Of a stretch of 64,000 bases of DNA, positions 37,633 through 51,571 are shown piece by piece. This stretch comes from Octopus vulgaris. Its lineage: Eukaryota. The stretch's first letter is position 1; each line of letters opens with the position of its first letter. The position numbers and the translations under genes are program-made. The notes under the pieces were generated by a model. The model made no database searches. It was not told where the DNA came from and was given only the letters and a program-made list of their open reading frames with translations. The stretch lies in assembly GCA_951406725.2 (NCBI GenBank), contig OX597836.1, forward strand, positions 32,240,001-32,304,000. Reading direction: 5' to 3'.

Positions 37633-37708
37633 GTACCCTGCGGTGTAATTGGTAACACACTTACTCAGCAGCCCATAGATACAAGGATCAGATCCTAACA
37701 GTGAACTG
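37633..37708 (+). pseudogene. Decayed tRNA-like sequence or SINE head
   Basis: GGTGTAATTGGTAACAC D-arm/A-box and GGATCAGATCC T-arm/B-box at tRNA-like spacing; no clean cloverleaf. Confidence 0.4.
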
Positions 37709-38463
37709 GTTTTTATTCTCTGCCTCTCTCACAAAAAAATGATTCTAAACTCAAGGTTTAAAATTATGTTTCATTGAAACATCTTCACAGTTAATTCATT
37801 TGATATCAATATATCTATTATCAAGCTGGTGAAGTCAGTGAGCTAGGAAAATTAGCATGGTGAGTAAAATGCTTAGTGGCATTTCATCTGTCATTACATT
37901 CTTAGTTCAAATATCACGGAGGTCAACTTTGCTTTCTGGTTTCAAATGCTACCAATGTCAACTTTGCCTTTCATCCAATCAGGGTTGATAAAATAAGTAT
38001 CACTTGAAAAGTGTGTGTGTGGGTCAATGTAATCAGTTGCCCCCACCCCTCAAAATTGTTGGCCTTGTGTCAAATTTAGAAATGATTATTATATCTATTG
38101 GTCGTATTTTACCATTTATTGGATTTTGTGTGATTTACATTTGGTATTCAAATATATATATATCTATATATATATGGGGTGAAAATTACAATCAATAAAT
38201 CAATGGTAAATCTCATTCTGAGAATTAATTTCAAAAGCAAAAAAAATGTCCTGAAATTATTGAAATAGAATAGGAGTCACTTGTGCTGCTAACGAGTGTG
38301 TGAAAATTGATCTCGAAGACTTCTTCTCTTTGTGCAATGTCTATCCTCCTGTTGCATTTTCTCTTGCCTTCAACATCTCTTTTACTAAATACACAAACAC
38401 ACATATGTATGTACATATATACATATATGTATATATGTATGTATGTATGTATATATATATATA

Positions 38464-38497
<34 letters not shown>

Positions 38498-38879
38498 GAT
38501 AGATAAGTAGATAGATATATATATATAGGTTCATATACACGTTATGATACCCTGAAATATCCAAAAATGGTCATTATATAAAATTCCTTATGATCTTTTA
38601 TTTGTATATGTCAAAGCAGAAATATTCCTTCAGTATCACTGAAAAATCAATCAAATATTGATCTCTGTGTGAGCGTGTGTGTGTACACACATAATAATAT
38701 CAACCACACCTCACAAAGTACATCATAATTTATACAATCAATAAGTAAAATTCTAGACAACTAATTAAAAATAAGTTGAGGCTATGACCTGCGCCTATGT
38801 GAAATGAATAGAAAGAAAGAATGCATATGGCCTGGGCAAATACTAGCCGAAACCTATCAAAGTATGAAAGAAAGTATGT

Positions 38880-39005
38880 ATGTGTATATATATATATATA
38901 TTTATTTATTAATGTATTTATTTATTTATATATATATTTATTTATTTATTAATGTATTTATTTATTTATATATATGTTTATTTATACATATATTTATTTA
39001 TATAT

Positions 39006-39072
<67 letters not shown>

Positions 39073-39159
39073 CATATATATATATACATACATACATACA
39101 TATATATATATATAAATATATATACATAAATAAATACATATATATGCATATATATATAT

Positions 39160-39192
<33 letters not shown>

Positions 39193-39310
39193 TATATCTA
39201 TACATACATACTTACATACATATATATATACATATATACATACATATATATATATATATATATACATTCATATATATACACATGTAAAAATAGAATGGAT
39301 ATATATATGT
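38880..39310. repeat. (TA)n/(TTTA)n/(TACA)n microsatellite field
   Basis: Directly visible. Confidence 0.95.
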
Positions 39311-39816
39311 GTGTAAGGTTAGTGTTGACAGTCAGAGGATAGGATATTTGATAACATAGTTGGTAGAGATTAATAATATTATTAATTTTGGCTCAGTCAG
39401 CCTCAAGCAAAAGTACAACACCTGAAAACTCTGTGCAATCATAAGCAAAACTCAGAGTAGCAAGTGACTCACACAGCCAAAATAAAAATATATCTATATA
39501 CAGATATAAAATAACCAATAGTGACAAAAGCAGCATTAATACCACAGGAAAATCCTGATCTCCTGCTTAACATGGAGGTTTTGTTAGAATGCTGACTATT
39601 GCGTTATTTACCTTGAGAGGACCTCTCATATGGACACTTCCTGTTTTTAATGTTGCCTGAGGATTATGGACAGGAAACCACATGCAGCAGTTCATAACTT
39701 GAATATGGTGAAGTGTTGTTGCAGTCTAAGCTTGTATTTTCCTATAGTCAAGCTTGTTTCTGAATGCTTGCTGTTTCCGTTGTTGGCTAAAACAGAGAAG
39801 AGCAAATGTTATTCTG

Positions 39817-39852
<36 letters not shown>

Positions 39853-40285
39853 TTAACCTCTGCATTCCAGTTGGTTTGATCAATGGAACAGCCAGCTCAT
39901 GAAATTAACATATAAGTGGCTGAGCACTCCACAGACACATGTAGCTTTAACATAGATCTCAGGGAAATTCAGTTTAACACAGAATGTGCCAAGACTGGTC
40001 CTTTGAATAACAGGTACAACTCTTTTTTGTTTGCTAAGTGGACTGGGGCTATGTGAAATAAAGTGTCTTGCTGAAGAGTATGATGTGCCATCAGGAATCA
40101 AACCCATGACCTTACACTTATGAGATGAATACCCTTAGCCACATGCCTTCACACTTTGAATCTACACACTTGGCTAACATGTTCTCAATGCCTACCAGTT
40201 CAGCAAAAAAAAAAAAGAGACCAATTGAATAAGTATCATCGTCATCATCATCATCAGCATCATTATTATCATCAGTATTGTTAAA

Positions 40286-40507
40286 CCCTTTTGTTACCAT
40301 ATTTCTGTTGAAATGCTCTGTGTTTCTTTCAATTAATTTTAAGTATAAGAAAGAATTTAGTAAAATAACTTATTTATCATTAAGCTAGTGTTAGGAACAT
40401 AAATTGGGACTAAGGTTTGGCGGAAGATTTTGATTCAGAACTTATGAAAACAAGACATTTGTACTACAGAGCTAGAGCCGGTTTCAGGCAGGTTGGTATG
40501 AAAAGGG
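40286..40507. mobile_element. piggyBac-like MITE (~220 bp)
   Basis: CCCTTTTGTTACC ... GGTATGAAAAGGG|TTAA; second copy at 53531-53748. Confidence 0.8.
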
Positions 40508-41219
40508 TTAACATCAGTTTTCCAAGCTGGCAAGTGTTGGACTGTTTGACAGGGTCTAGCAAGCCATATGGCCACACCAGGCTCCAGTCATGCCATATGC
40601 TTTGATATGGTCTTTACAGATGGATGCCCTTCCTAGAGGCAATCACTTTATAGAGTGTACAGGGTGCTTTTTATGTGGCACCAGCATGAATGTTTTTTAC
40701 GTGGGGCCAAGACAAAAAATTAGTACTGGGGGTGGTGGTGATGTGCCGAGCTAAATCCCTTCAAGGAATTGACTGTGGTGAAACAACTAAAAGATAAACG
40801 ATTACAGAGTCAGTTGAAAACAAGATTGATTGCAGAAAATGATTAACTGTGAGGTTGGAGAGAAAAAACGCATGAGTATAAAGTGGGAAAATCACTTTGT
40901 TTGGAAGACAAAATGTATGACAAAGCTGGTCATAGTTGAAACATCTTTAGATCACTGGTTTATTTAATCAAAAGCCTCAGAGTCAACCTAGTAATAAAAC
41001 AACAACAGCAACAACAACCATCTTCATGTAATGTTTATAACACGAGTAGAAGTATTTTTTAATTAAGTTATTGCACACAATCCTTTTTAGCACTAAGATT
41101 ACAAAGTATCATGGTATTGATTGCTTTTTACTGAAAATGTGTCAAAAGACTTCTTTCTGCTATTTTTGGTTGAATTTTTGCTTGCTTGTTTGTTTGTTTC
41201 TTAGTGTTTGAAGTAGCTT

Positions 41220-41250
<31 letters not shown>

Positions 41251-42796
41251 TTGATGTTTTGATTTTTGCTTCCGAATATGACGTTGATGTGATGGGTGTA
41301 AAGATGCAGCTTCCATTCAGTTAGTTTTAATAGCTAGTTCTTTTAAATCCCTCTTCATTGTAGAGTCATCGACAAGGCTACTTGTTGTTTCTAATACGGA
41401 GAAAGAAGAATAACAAAATGTATTTTTAATTTGCTTGTTTGAGTATTTTTGTTTGTTTTTTTTTTGCTTTTGTTTTTGTGTAAGCTGTTCCACTTCTCTG
41501 CTGCTGTTGCTGCTGCTGCTGCTAATACTGCTGCTGCTGTTGTTTTTTGTAAACAGTTTTAAGGAATGGACTGTAAAGAAAAATCTATATAAATTAGGTG
41601 CAGGCATGACTTTAAAAAGTTTACTTTCCGACCACATTGTTCCGGGTTCAATCCTACGATGCGGCACCATAGGTTCAGGCATGGCTGTGTGGTAAGAAGT
41701 TTGCTTCCCATCCACATGGTTCCAGGTTCAGTCCTGCTGCATGACACTCTGAGTAAATGTCTTCTGCTATAGCCCTGGGCTAACCAAAGCCTTGTGAATG
41801 GATTTAATTGACAGAAACTGAAAGAAGCCCATCATACATGTGTGTGTGAGTGAGTGTGTGTGTGTGTGATGTGTGTATGTGTGTCTATATATCTGTCTAT
41901 GTGTGTGCATGTTTATGTGTCTCTGTTTGTGTATGTATCTGTGTGTGTATATATATGTGAATATATGTATCTGTGTATATCTGTGTATGTGTGTGCGTGT
42001 CTTTGTCTTTTTGTTGTTCCTCACCCCTGTTTGACAATCAGTGTTGGTTTGTTTACATCCTCATAACTTAGCATAACTTATCAAAAGATACTGATTGAAT
42101 AAGTGCCAAACTCAAGAAATAAGCACTGAGGTCAATGCTCCAGTATGGCCACATTCCAATAACTGAAACAAGCAAATGATAAGAACTAAAGCTGTCTGTG
42201 TCCAGTTTCACTAAACCCTAAAATGATCTGGTCACTCTTGCTGTTAATAGGTAATGCAAGGTTGGAACAACATTGCTGTTCAAACAGCTGTACCTCTAAA
42301 ATACTGAGAAATAACCAATAAGCCGACAGTGCCAAATTCAGATACTGTTTTGGGCCCATGTCTTTGTCATAGTTTTTTAGCCCTCTAGTGAAATCTGACC
42401 CAGGAATTCTATGATCCAAAACAGTCATCACCAAATTATGACCTGTAAGACTTTCTGAATAGCATGCCTAATGGAAAGCTACATGGAATTCTTTTAGCTG
42501 TTTGGCCCCACCCATCCCTGATGAAGTTTCAAGCCACTTGAAAAGTTTTCCTGTGTCTGATCTAAAGTGTTTCAACTGGAACCACCCTGTCTTTTCATGG
42601 GTATCCCTGGGACTGTCATTTAATAAGTCTTTTCTTTATTTAATACTGTGGTAGCATATAAATTTGAGAGAGAAACTTAGCTGCTATTTCTAGCCTTTTG
42701 AGAGAGCATCTAGAGCAGTGACTGAAATGTAAATACCAGAGTACACAATGGACAATTTCAGACTGACGAGCATTTGTAAGGAAAACAGAATTGACA

Positions 42797-43035
42797 TATT
42801 GGAAATAAGGCTTTATTCAACTTCTTTGACAGATACAGTAGACAAATAATAATTTCCACCAGTGAGTTGAGAATGAGTTAACAACAAGGATATGATGAAG
42901 TTTGGTAATGAAAAGCTAGCCAAAAGAGTTACATATAAAAAATACATACACAAACAGCATGTATATTTTCGTATAAACATATATACGCAAACAACATAAA
43001 CATACATACACACAGTTCATTGCATTCTCACAACA
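42797..43035 (-). mobile_element. 3' LTR of a Ty3/Gypsy element
   Basis: On the minus strand the polypurine tract AGTGGGGGAGAA is directly followed by TGTTG; AATAAA lies near the distal end, which terminates CAATA (decayed CAACA). Confidence 0.6.
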
Positions 43036-43985
43036 TTCTCCCCCACTAGAAAACAGAAGTCCAGGGGTTGAATGGATAGGCACAGAATGTTTCAAACTTC
43101 TATACTGCGTAGATTATACGTTCTAGTTCTGTTGTAACTGATAGATTCTCTTTTCCAAACATGCTGTTCATGAGGTGTCTGTTGTCCCTGCTGCTCAACA
43201 CTTTGATTAATATTGTCAGTCTCTGGAGTGTCTTGGGGAACATGTTCAATGTTTACCTCATTGCTTTCAGGTGATTTCGTAGTTCGTAGTTTCAAAGTAT
43301 GTGTGTTAGGAGTTTCATCAGTTTGCACAATCTCTTCATGGTTTTGTTGATTGATCAAAATTTTGGGAATTGGTGCCAGCTGTCTCTGTGATACACTTGT
43401 TTCCCATTCATCAGATAAACGTACATGTGCATATTAATGGTTACAGTCTAAAAGTTCTACTTCATCAACCAGGGAATCATACTTGGATGATCTGAATTTC
43501 CTTTTCAAGTACACAGTTCCGGGAGTCAGAAGCCAGTTGGGCAGTCTTGTTCCCATCGTAGATTTGCAGTTGTAGGAAAATAGGCATTCATGTGGAGTTT
43601 TATTTGTAGCTGTGCAGAGCAATGATCTGATAGAGTGCAGAGCGTCTGTAAGTACTTGCTCCAAATGACTGATTGGCAAAGCACAGGATTTGAGGGATAG
43701 GGTTATTGCTTTCCACAGAGTACCATTCAGTCTCTCCACCTGACTGTTGCAATGAGGATTGTATGGAGTTGTGCGACTTGTTGCTACTCCTTTCTGTAGT
43801 AGGAAAGATCTCAATTCCTCTGACATGAATGCAGGTCCTCAATCACTGTGGAAGTATGATGGCATTCCAAAAATAGCAAACAGTTGAGAGAGGCAACAAA
43901 TGACAGTAGAGGCAGAAGTATCAGGACAAGCTAATGCAAATGGGAAACGTGAATATTTGTCAACAATAGTTAACAGGTTACTAGA
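43036..43985 (-). pseudogene. Ty3/Gypsy integrase core and C-terminus (degraded)
   Basis: LTIVDKYSRFPFA...FGMPSYFHSD*GPAFMSEEL...SRTTPYNPHCNSQVERLNGTLWK...HSIRSLLCTATNKTPHE gives rve D,D(35)E motifs with in-frame stops; 5' truncated by a SINE. Confidence 0.92.
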
Positions 43986-45139
43986 GCGAGTGTGTAGTAA
44001 GAAGTTTGCTTCCCAGCCACATAGTTCTTGGTTCAGTTCCACTGCATGACTCCTAAGCAAATGTTTTCTGCTATAGCTCCAGGCTGACCAAAGTTTCGTG
44101 AGTGGACTTGGTAGATAGAAACTGAAAGAAACCCTTCATATATGTCTGTGCGTATATATATGTATATGTATGAGTGAGTGTGTGTGTAGATATATTTGTG
44201 TACTCACACATACACATATATACATGTACATATGAACGTATTTATATATGAGAGTATTGTAGTTTGCTTGAAGCATTGTATATTGTTTGTAAAGAATAAA
44301 AAGTTTGAATGGTACAACAATGCACTATAATATATTTATATATGTAAGTGTATGTATGTGTATCTTTGTATTTTCCCCCCAACAGCTCGATAACAACCAG
44401 TGCTGGTTTGTTTATGTCCCCATAACTTAGAAGTTCAGCAAAAGAGAGACTGATAGAACAACTACTGGACTTCAAAAAAAAAAGTACTGGGGTCGATTTA
44501 TTCAACTAAAACCCTTGAACTCATTGCCTCCAACATGGCTACAGTCCAATGACTGAAACATGTAAAAGATAAAAGATTAAAGACAAATGATAAAAAATAA
44601 TGTCATTTTGAATATCTATGTATTACCTTAGACAAATATAGACAATATTATATTTTCAGTCACTTTCGGATATATTTATAAGTTATGCCTTTATGATACA
44701 CCAACACGATTTCCTAATTACAACGTTAACAGCTTGTTATACTCCTTTCATAGTTTTATAGTAACCTTTCCGCTTATTATTATATGAGCATGTGGGTGGT
44801 TGGTTTGTAATTCTGCCAGATTCCTGGTGTTGCTTGAGTTCTTGGTGTTTACTTTGAAGTTCTGCCATGATGCTGATAAATGGTCGCAGCAGACTTCTTT
44901 TCATTGCAACACTTGTGAATGTAAAATTAATTTGTTATGCAAAATTGGCTCGAAGCCAATTATTTCCCTCTGGTGACAATCAGAGCTGATATAATCAGCC
45001 TTCAAAATAGAACAAGTATTTATTTGACCTACCCTTGAAGAATGGTGCTTTACCATTTATAGGTAGACATATCTATCTATAGACAAATAGATAGATGGAT
45101 AGAGAGAGAGAGAGTGATAGATATCGATTTTGAGACATT

Positions 45140-45185
<46 letters not shown>

Positions 45186-45193
45186 GTATATGT

Positions 45194-45470
45194 ACAAGAG
45201 ATATAAATATTATTAAAAATAATATTACTTCATATATATATATATATATACACAAGACATAAATATTATTAAAAATATTATTACTTCATATTGATATATA
45301 TATATATATACATACAAGAGATATAAATATTATTAAAAACAATATTACTTCATATTTATGTATATATATATATATACAAGAGATATAAATATTATTAAAA
45401 ATAATATTACTTCATATTTATATATATATACACAAGAGGTATAAATATTATTAAAAACATTACTTTATAT
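45194..45470. repeat. Minisatellite: five ~38-bp cores separated by variable (TA)n
   Basis: ACAAGAGATATAAATATTATTAAAAATAATATTACTTCATAT at ~45194, 45252, 45314, 45376 and 45432. Confidence 0.9.
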
Positions 45471-46924
45471 GTATGTATGTATGTATATATATATATATAT
45501 ATGTATGTATATATATATATGTATATATACATATATATGTATGTATGTATAGATATGTGTATACACACACATTTATTTGTCACTTAGATAAGAAGGTCAA
45601 GGCCTAATAAGTCTTTACAGGGCCTCTGACATTCTTAGATTCTTGGGAATCCTGCTCCTCCTCCTCATCATCATCATGATTTAACATCTACCTTCTATGC
45701 TGGCATGGGTTGGACAGTTTACACAATAGCTGTCAAACCAAAGAACAGCATCAATTTCTACTATCTACTTTGGCATGGCTTCTGTGGCCAAATGCCCTTC
45801 ATAATGAGGGACCCTAATATTCAAGACATGACCCAAATGCTAACCACAGAGTGGGACTTCATTAAAGGTATCCAACGAACAGGTGATGGTGTTAAACCTG
45901 GTGGCAGACATAATCTGCCACCCATGTAGGCCATAGCAAAATTTGAACTCCAAACACAAAGAACCAAAAAATAATTACCCCAAGGTATCATGTCTAATAT
46001 TCTAACATTTCTACCACTCCACAACACCTGATGGTATTTCTTAAATAACCCTGGAAAGATTACTGGTGTAAGTGGCCTCAGCACTATTTGAACTTGGTTA
46101 CCTGAAATCCTCTGTGATACCTCATCACCTCTGTCTCTGTAAAGATACCTTTAGTTTATTCTCACTCTCTTTCCTGAAGGTGAGGAGCCACGTAACTCCC
46201 TTTCAACAAGAACCTCTACCACCCTAACCTTTTCCCTCATACTTTAACCGCCATGTTGCATATGAAAGCAGCATCCTCCCGCCCTGGGTTTGTTGACTTG
46301 CAAGTTACATGGTAACCCCAATAGTGTTGGTAGCATGAGAAAAGCACCCAGTAAACATTGTAAGGTGGTTAGCATTAGGTAGAGCATCTGGCTGTAGAAA
46401 CCGTGCCAAAGCAGACACTGGAGTACAATGCAGTTCTTCAACTCAGTGGATCCTTGCCAAATTGTTCAACTCATGCCAGTATGGAACATGGGCATTAAAT
46501 GATGATGATGGTGAAAGGTATGTACCGAAATAAAGTATGTCATCCGACATGCTAACAATTCTGCCAGTTCTCCATCTACAAGTACTTATTTTGTGATTGA
46601 AAGGTGCAGAAATGGAGTGTAATTTATTAATTTAATCACTACATTTTCTTCATACATTAAAAATAAGTAATATTGATTCCTATCTTAGACACAAGTTCAA
46701 AATACTTGCAACATGAAATAAATAATGTGGTGACAATAAATTATTCCACTTCACAAACTTTGTGTACTTAAAATTTGTTGATACCATTGTTAGTCTTCAC
46801 CTTTTCTACTATTTGACGTCTTTTAGACTGGTAGTCTACTCAGCCAATAAAAAGTGACCATTGTGATTCAAACTCACTTGTGATAAGATACTAAGCCTCT
46901 CAGCATAAAGTAATTGAATTTAAA

Positions 46925-47490
46925 ATCCAATCGACCCATTTCCTCTGCCCACTATGACTGGGAGGTCTGTGGTGGAAGAGTCCTCAGCCACCTCTTCCAC
47001 AGGGAACAACCATCATTACATTTTCTGGCCGAATTTCCAAGCTTGACTAGATCAACTGAGACTAAGGATATTATCTAATCACCTTGTCCTTTGTCTGCCC
47101 CTAAGTCTCCTGCTGGTCTCTTGCTCTACCCCCAGGTCTCTTACAATACTTTCCACTGGCATTCTATATGTTACCAGAGCTGTGATCTCTCAACACAGAA
47201 AAGTAGCTGTTTGATCTGGAGGAATTTCCTGATTTTAAACTATACATCTTGTTGAGTAATATCACACCAGAGATCCTTTAAGGAAAAACCCCATTTCAAC
47301 CTTTTGCATTTGTGATCAAACTCTTTTGGTCTTTACCAAACATTCATGAGCATAAGTGAGGCTAGGCACATAAACCAAAGTGAAGATAGTGAATTTGGCT
47401 TTGCTACGAACCTATGAATGCTCAAGCTGGCACATTACTGTGCCAGCATCTGCAATTCTAGCATCCAATTCTAGCACCTCCCATCACTTG
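46925..47490 (-). pseudogene. RTE-clade (Expander/Rex3-like) LINE C-terminal fragment
   Basis: ELDARIADAGTVM...KAKFTIFTLVYVPSLTYAHEC...VERSQL resembles EIDRRIGAASAVM...KAKLSIYRSIYVPTLTYGHE...IERSQL. Confidence 0.75.
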
Positions 47491-47599
47491 CTGGCCTCGT
47501 GGAAAAACTTAAAATCAGCATTAAAAAGTTGGTTATTTTACTATTTTATTCCTTTCCAGTCCTAGATTATTTTCAGAATTAATTGAAAAAAACTAGACT

Positions 47600-47750
47600 T
47601 ATTTACATTATTTACATTTGATGGATATTTGTCCTCATCTTGTTTGTTGTTTACACAATGTTTCGGCTGATATACCCTCTGGCTTTTATCAGGTGTCGTG
47701 GGGAAATTTCAAACCTGAGTTCTCATTCATAAGGTATTTTTCGATGTTAT
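47600..47750 (-). mobile_element. Penelope-like terminal repeat with a decayed hammerhead (47653-47696)
   Basis: ACAC-CTGATAA-...CAGCC-GAAA-CA-TT-GTGT with core mutations; adjacent to (TTA)n. Confidence 0.55.
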
Positions 47751-48049
47751 TGTTATTATTATTATTATTATTATTAATATTATTATTATTATTATTATCA
47801 TCATCATCATCATCATCATCATTGTTGCAAACCTGAGGGCAGGTATAGGTATGTGAGTTTGTTGAGTATGACAAGCCTTTTAAAAGCCTGAAGCTTGTCA
47901 GAATATTAATCTAAATAATAAAGAGGCCTTTGGTAGTGCAAGAGTTGGAAACCGTTGGCATAAGCAGTATGTTTCAAAAGAAATATAGTCACGAAACAAA
48001 TTAATGTTTTGACAATGAACATGACATAGTGTTAGTTATTGTGAGAATA

Positions 48050-49352
48050 TTGTATTTTCCAGCATACAAATTAGCATAGTATATAGTGTAAATAGGTAGT
48101 GCAAATGTTCAAACATCACTATCTTTTCAAATCCTATTGTATTTTAAATGGAACTTTTCATCCTTCAAAGATGTCTCGGTATCTCAGTCAAGTTGCCTTT
48201 ATTGGCTGGAAATTTTGGTCTGAAAATCTCAATTTGTATGCTGGGAATTATGGTAAGATAGAATGGTCACAGCTGGAAAATCTCTGTTCATAGAGCTACT
48301 TGAATAGGGAAAAGCTAAAACTAAATAACAATATTGCATTAAAAGGGAACTTTTGTGTAGTCAATCTGCTAGAAACAACAGCCAAATCTCCCTCAAAATA
48401 CACCCTACTATCTTAAAACAAAGTAAAAATATACTGAATAATGTAGTCCAAGATGCACTATGTCTAAAAAAAAGAGAAACAAAGGGATGGTCACATGTGG
48501 AACACCTTTGACCATATTTTGGCAATAATACCATATTTTCCAGATACAAGTCAACATAGTATATAGTGAAAATGTAGTGTAAACATTCAAACTTTGTCTC
48601 TATCTTCCCAAAGCTAGTTGTATTTCGTATGGAATTTTTGATCCCCTAAAGTCGTCTAGGTGTATAAATCAACCTCTCTTCTTGGCTGTAAATTCTGGTC
48701 TAAAAAATGTGACTGGTATGCTGGAAAATATAATATAGTATGTAGATATATAAGGTAGAAAGAAGCAATTTGAAAAGGGATTTAGCTGCTATTTCTAACA
48801 GATCTCATGACTGTGTAGATGTTTTCTTCATTAGCTTATATATACATATAGTATTTTATGACATACAAATCAACATAGTATATAGTATAAACATGTAATG
48901 CAAACATTGAAACATCATCACTATCTTTCCAAATCCTGCTACATGTCACATGGTATTTTTGGTCCTCCAAAGTCATCTAGGTGTATGAGTTCGTCTTTTT
49001 GTTATTTTGGCTGTAAATTTTGATTTGAAAAGTTCAACTTGTATGTCAGAAAATATGGCATAAGAAAATATGGTTCAATTTGAAAGAGAATTAGCAGCTA
49101 TTTCTAACAGGTCTAACAACTATATAGAGTTTTCCATCATTGGTTAACACATACACACATTATTTTATAGAATACAAGTCAATGTAGTATTTAGTGTAAA
49201 CATGTAGCTTACACTATTCTTCCAAATTCTCCTGCATTTTGCATCAAACTTTTGGTCCTCCAAAGCCATTTTGGTGTATAAGTCAAGCTACATTTTTGGG
49301 GGTTATAAATTTTGGTCTGAAAAATTCAATTGTATGCTGGAAAATACTGTAG
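48050..49352. repeat. Tandem array of four Tc2/pogo-like MITEs separated by another repeat
   Basis: TIRs (C)TATTTTCCAGCATACAA ... TTGTATGCTGGAAAATA(TGG) at ~48051-48253, 48531-48731, 48851-49058 and 49159-49350. Confidence 0.75.
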
Positions 49353-49579
49353 TTGAACGAAGAGCCTCATGGGTTGATTGTCCACTACTGTATTCAGTTG
49401 GTTGTTCATGCTACCATCATCTGCTTAATATTTAAGGAGATATACATCTCTTTAAGTAGAGAGATGCCCCACATTACCAACAAGCTACTTGGTTCATGGG
49501 AAAGATTTAGCTTTCATGCTTGCAGAAATGTATATCAAAGATCTGTCAAACACTATACTTGTAATTATAAATGTCATAA

Positions 49580-50600
49580 TGTTGATAATGATGGCAGTGA
49601 TGATGATAATAGTACGGATGATGACGGGGTGTTGTAGATGATAATACTGGTGGGGGTTATGAAGATAGTGATCTTGATAATATTGGTAGCGATGACAATG
49701 GTGATGATGAGGATGGGTATGCTGGAAATGGATAGATATTATTAACGATAATAATAGGAGCCTTTCAAGTCTGAGAAAGATGATTATGTTGAACTATCAG
49801 CGTCTCTGAACACTTATCTGACTTCTTAACTTAAAGTCAGATGCAAAGATACAGCTTCTGGTCTGGCGAGGAGCACTGTGTTTTGAGATAAGAAAGGATG
49901 CCTTTCCATAGCTCTCATGGTTTGTCCTGAGGTGCTTTATACACTACTGGTAATGGTAATGGTGGTACTGACAACAGCAATGATTATAAGGTTGATAATG
50001 ATCACATTGGTTATGATGAGAATGATAATGGTGATGATGATGATGGTAATGGTTGATAACAAATGTGATGATAATGATGAGGATGACAACAGAGACTAAT
50101 TATGATACTGTTAATGGTAATAATCCTTTTTGTTATAAGCACAAGGTTTGGACTTTTAAGGGAAGGGACTAGTCAGTATTCAACTGGTACTTATTTTATT
50201 GACCCCCAAAAGGATGAAAAGCAAAGTGGACCTTGACAGAATTTGAACTCAGAGTATGAAGACAGATGAAATGATGCTAAGCATTTTATCCAGTGTGCTA
50301 ACAATTTTGCTTGCTCACTGCCTGAATGCTAATGATAATAATGTTAATAACGAGGCTGATAATGGTCATATATTATAATTGTGGCAATTATAATATTGAT
50401 GATGATAATGATAAGCACAGCAAGAGATGATTTGATGATGTTTATGGCGATGATAATAACGGTTATAATGATAATGGTGATGACGATAACAGTGATGATG
50501 ATAATAGAGTGAGGGGGATAATGGTGAGGTGGATAATGATGATGATGAAAATGAAGAGGATGTTGATGATGAAGATGATGATGTTGATGACGCAGAGAAT
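49580..50600. repeat. Degenerate (GAT/AAT)n repeats with an embedded SINE (~50120-50330)
   Basis: Directly visible. Confidence 0.85.
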
Positions 50601-51345
50601 ATCAATAGCTATTTAACTATTTTTCCCGATGATAAAAGACATGCTTGTTAATAACATAGACAGGTGGAATTGAGAGCTATCTAAAAGACATTTACATGGA
50701 TTTAATGAAAACAGGCAATCATTATATTGATTTCACTGTCACTCAAAGTATGTGAAAAATTACTCGAGTATCTTAACTTTTAGGATTGAAAAAGCAATTA
50801 GCATTGTAAAAATGTCATCAAAGAAATTGAATAGATATCTTGGGGAAAAAAAAATAATGCAATTTTACCAGTCTTTAAATATTTTGATATTTAAAGTTTG
50901 ATCGCCATGTAATTGTTTTTGTATGAGTGAGTGCATATAAATCTGAGAATGTATGGTATTATGATATATATACATCATATATGTGTGTGTGTCTGTATAT
51001 ATATATATATATATACATACAATCATAATATAAAACGATAAAATTGTTAAAAATTTTATCATTGGCCAGTATATAAAAATATAGACCTATTAAGGTGATA
51101 TCATAATTACAATTATAATTAAGGGCATAGGGAAAAATCTTGCCTAAATGCTGAAAGGAGATTAAATATCATCACTCTTATTATGATTATTATAACTATT
51201 ATTATTATTATTATTATTATCGTTTTTGTATCTGGTTTGTAAGATTCTTTATGTGAATTTGTGTATTGAAATAAATTTTTTCGTGTCTAGGGAGGGTCAT
51301 CATATCAATATAATTAACACACACACTCTGTAATTATGCCTGCAA

Positions 51346-51402
<57 letters not shown>

Positions 51403-51532
51403 TACATACATACATAGTACATACATATATGTGCGTGTGTGTGTGTAAATTTGGTTCTGTAAATGTGTTTAAAAAAGCTGAAATGTTTCTGGTATTGGGA
51501 AGAGAGAGAGAGGGGCAGACAAATAGCTATAA

Positions 51533-51571
<39 letters not shown>

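Noticed and set aside
37633-37708. Functional tRNA gene
   Set aside because: Anticodon and acceptor stems do not pair cleanly; kept only as a tRNA-like relic.
42518-42552. CTGATGA...GAAA motif
   Set aside because: Only a 3-bp stem II and no stem I partner; likely chance.
45194-45470. CRISPR-like repeat-spacer pattern (also 19346-19531 and 30001-30090)
   Set aside because: Spacers are (TA)n or absent, there are no cas genes, and the context is eukaryotic.
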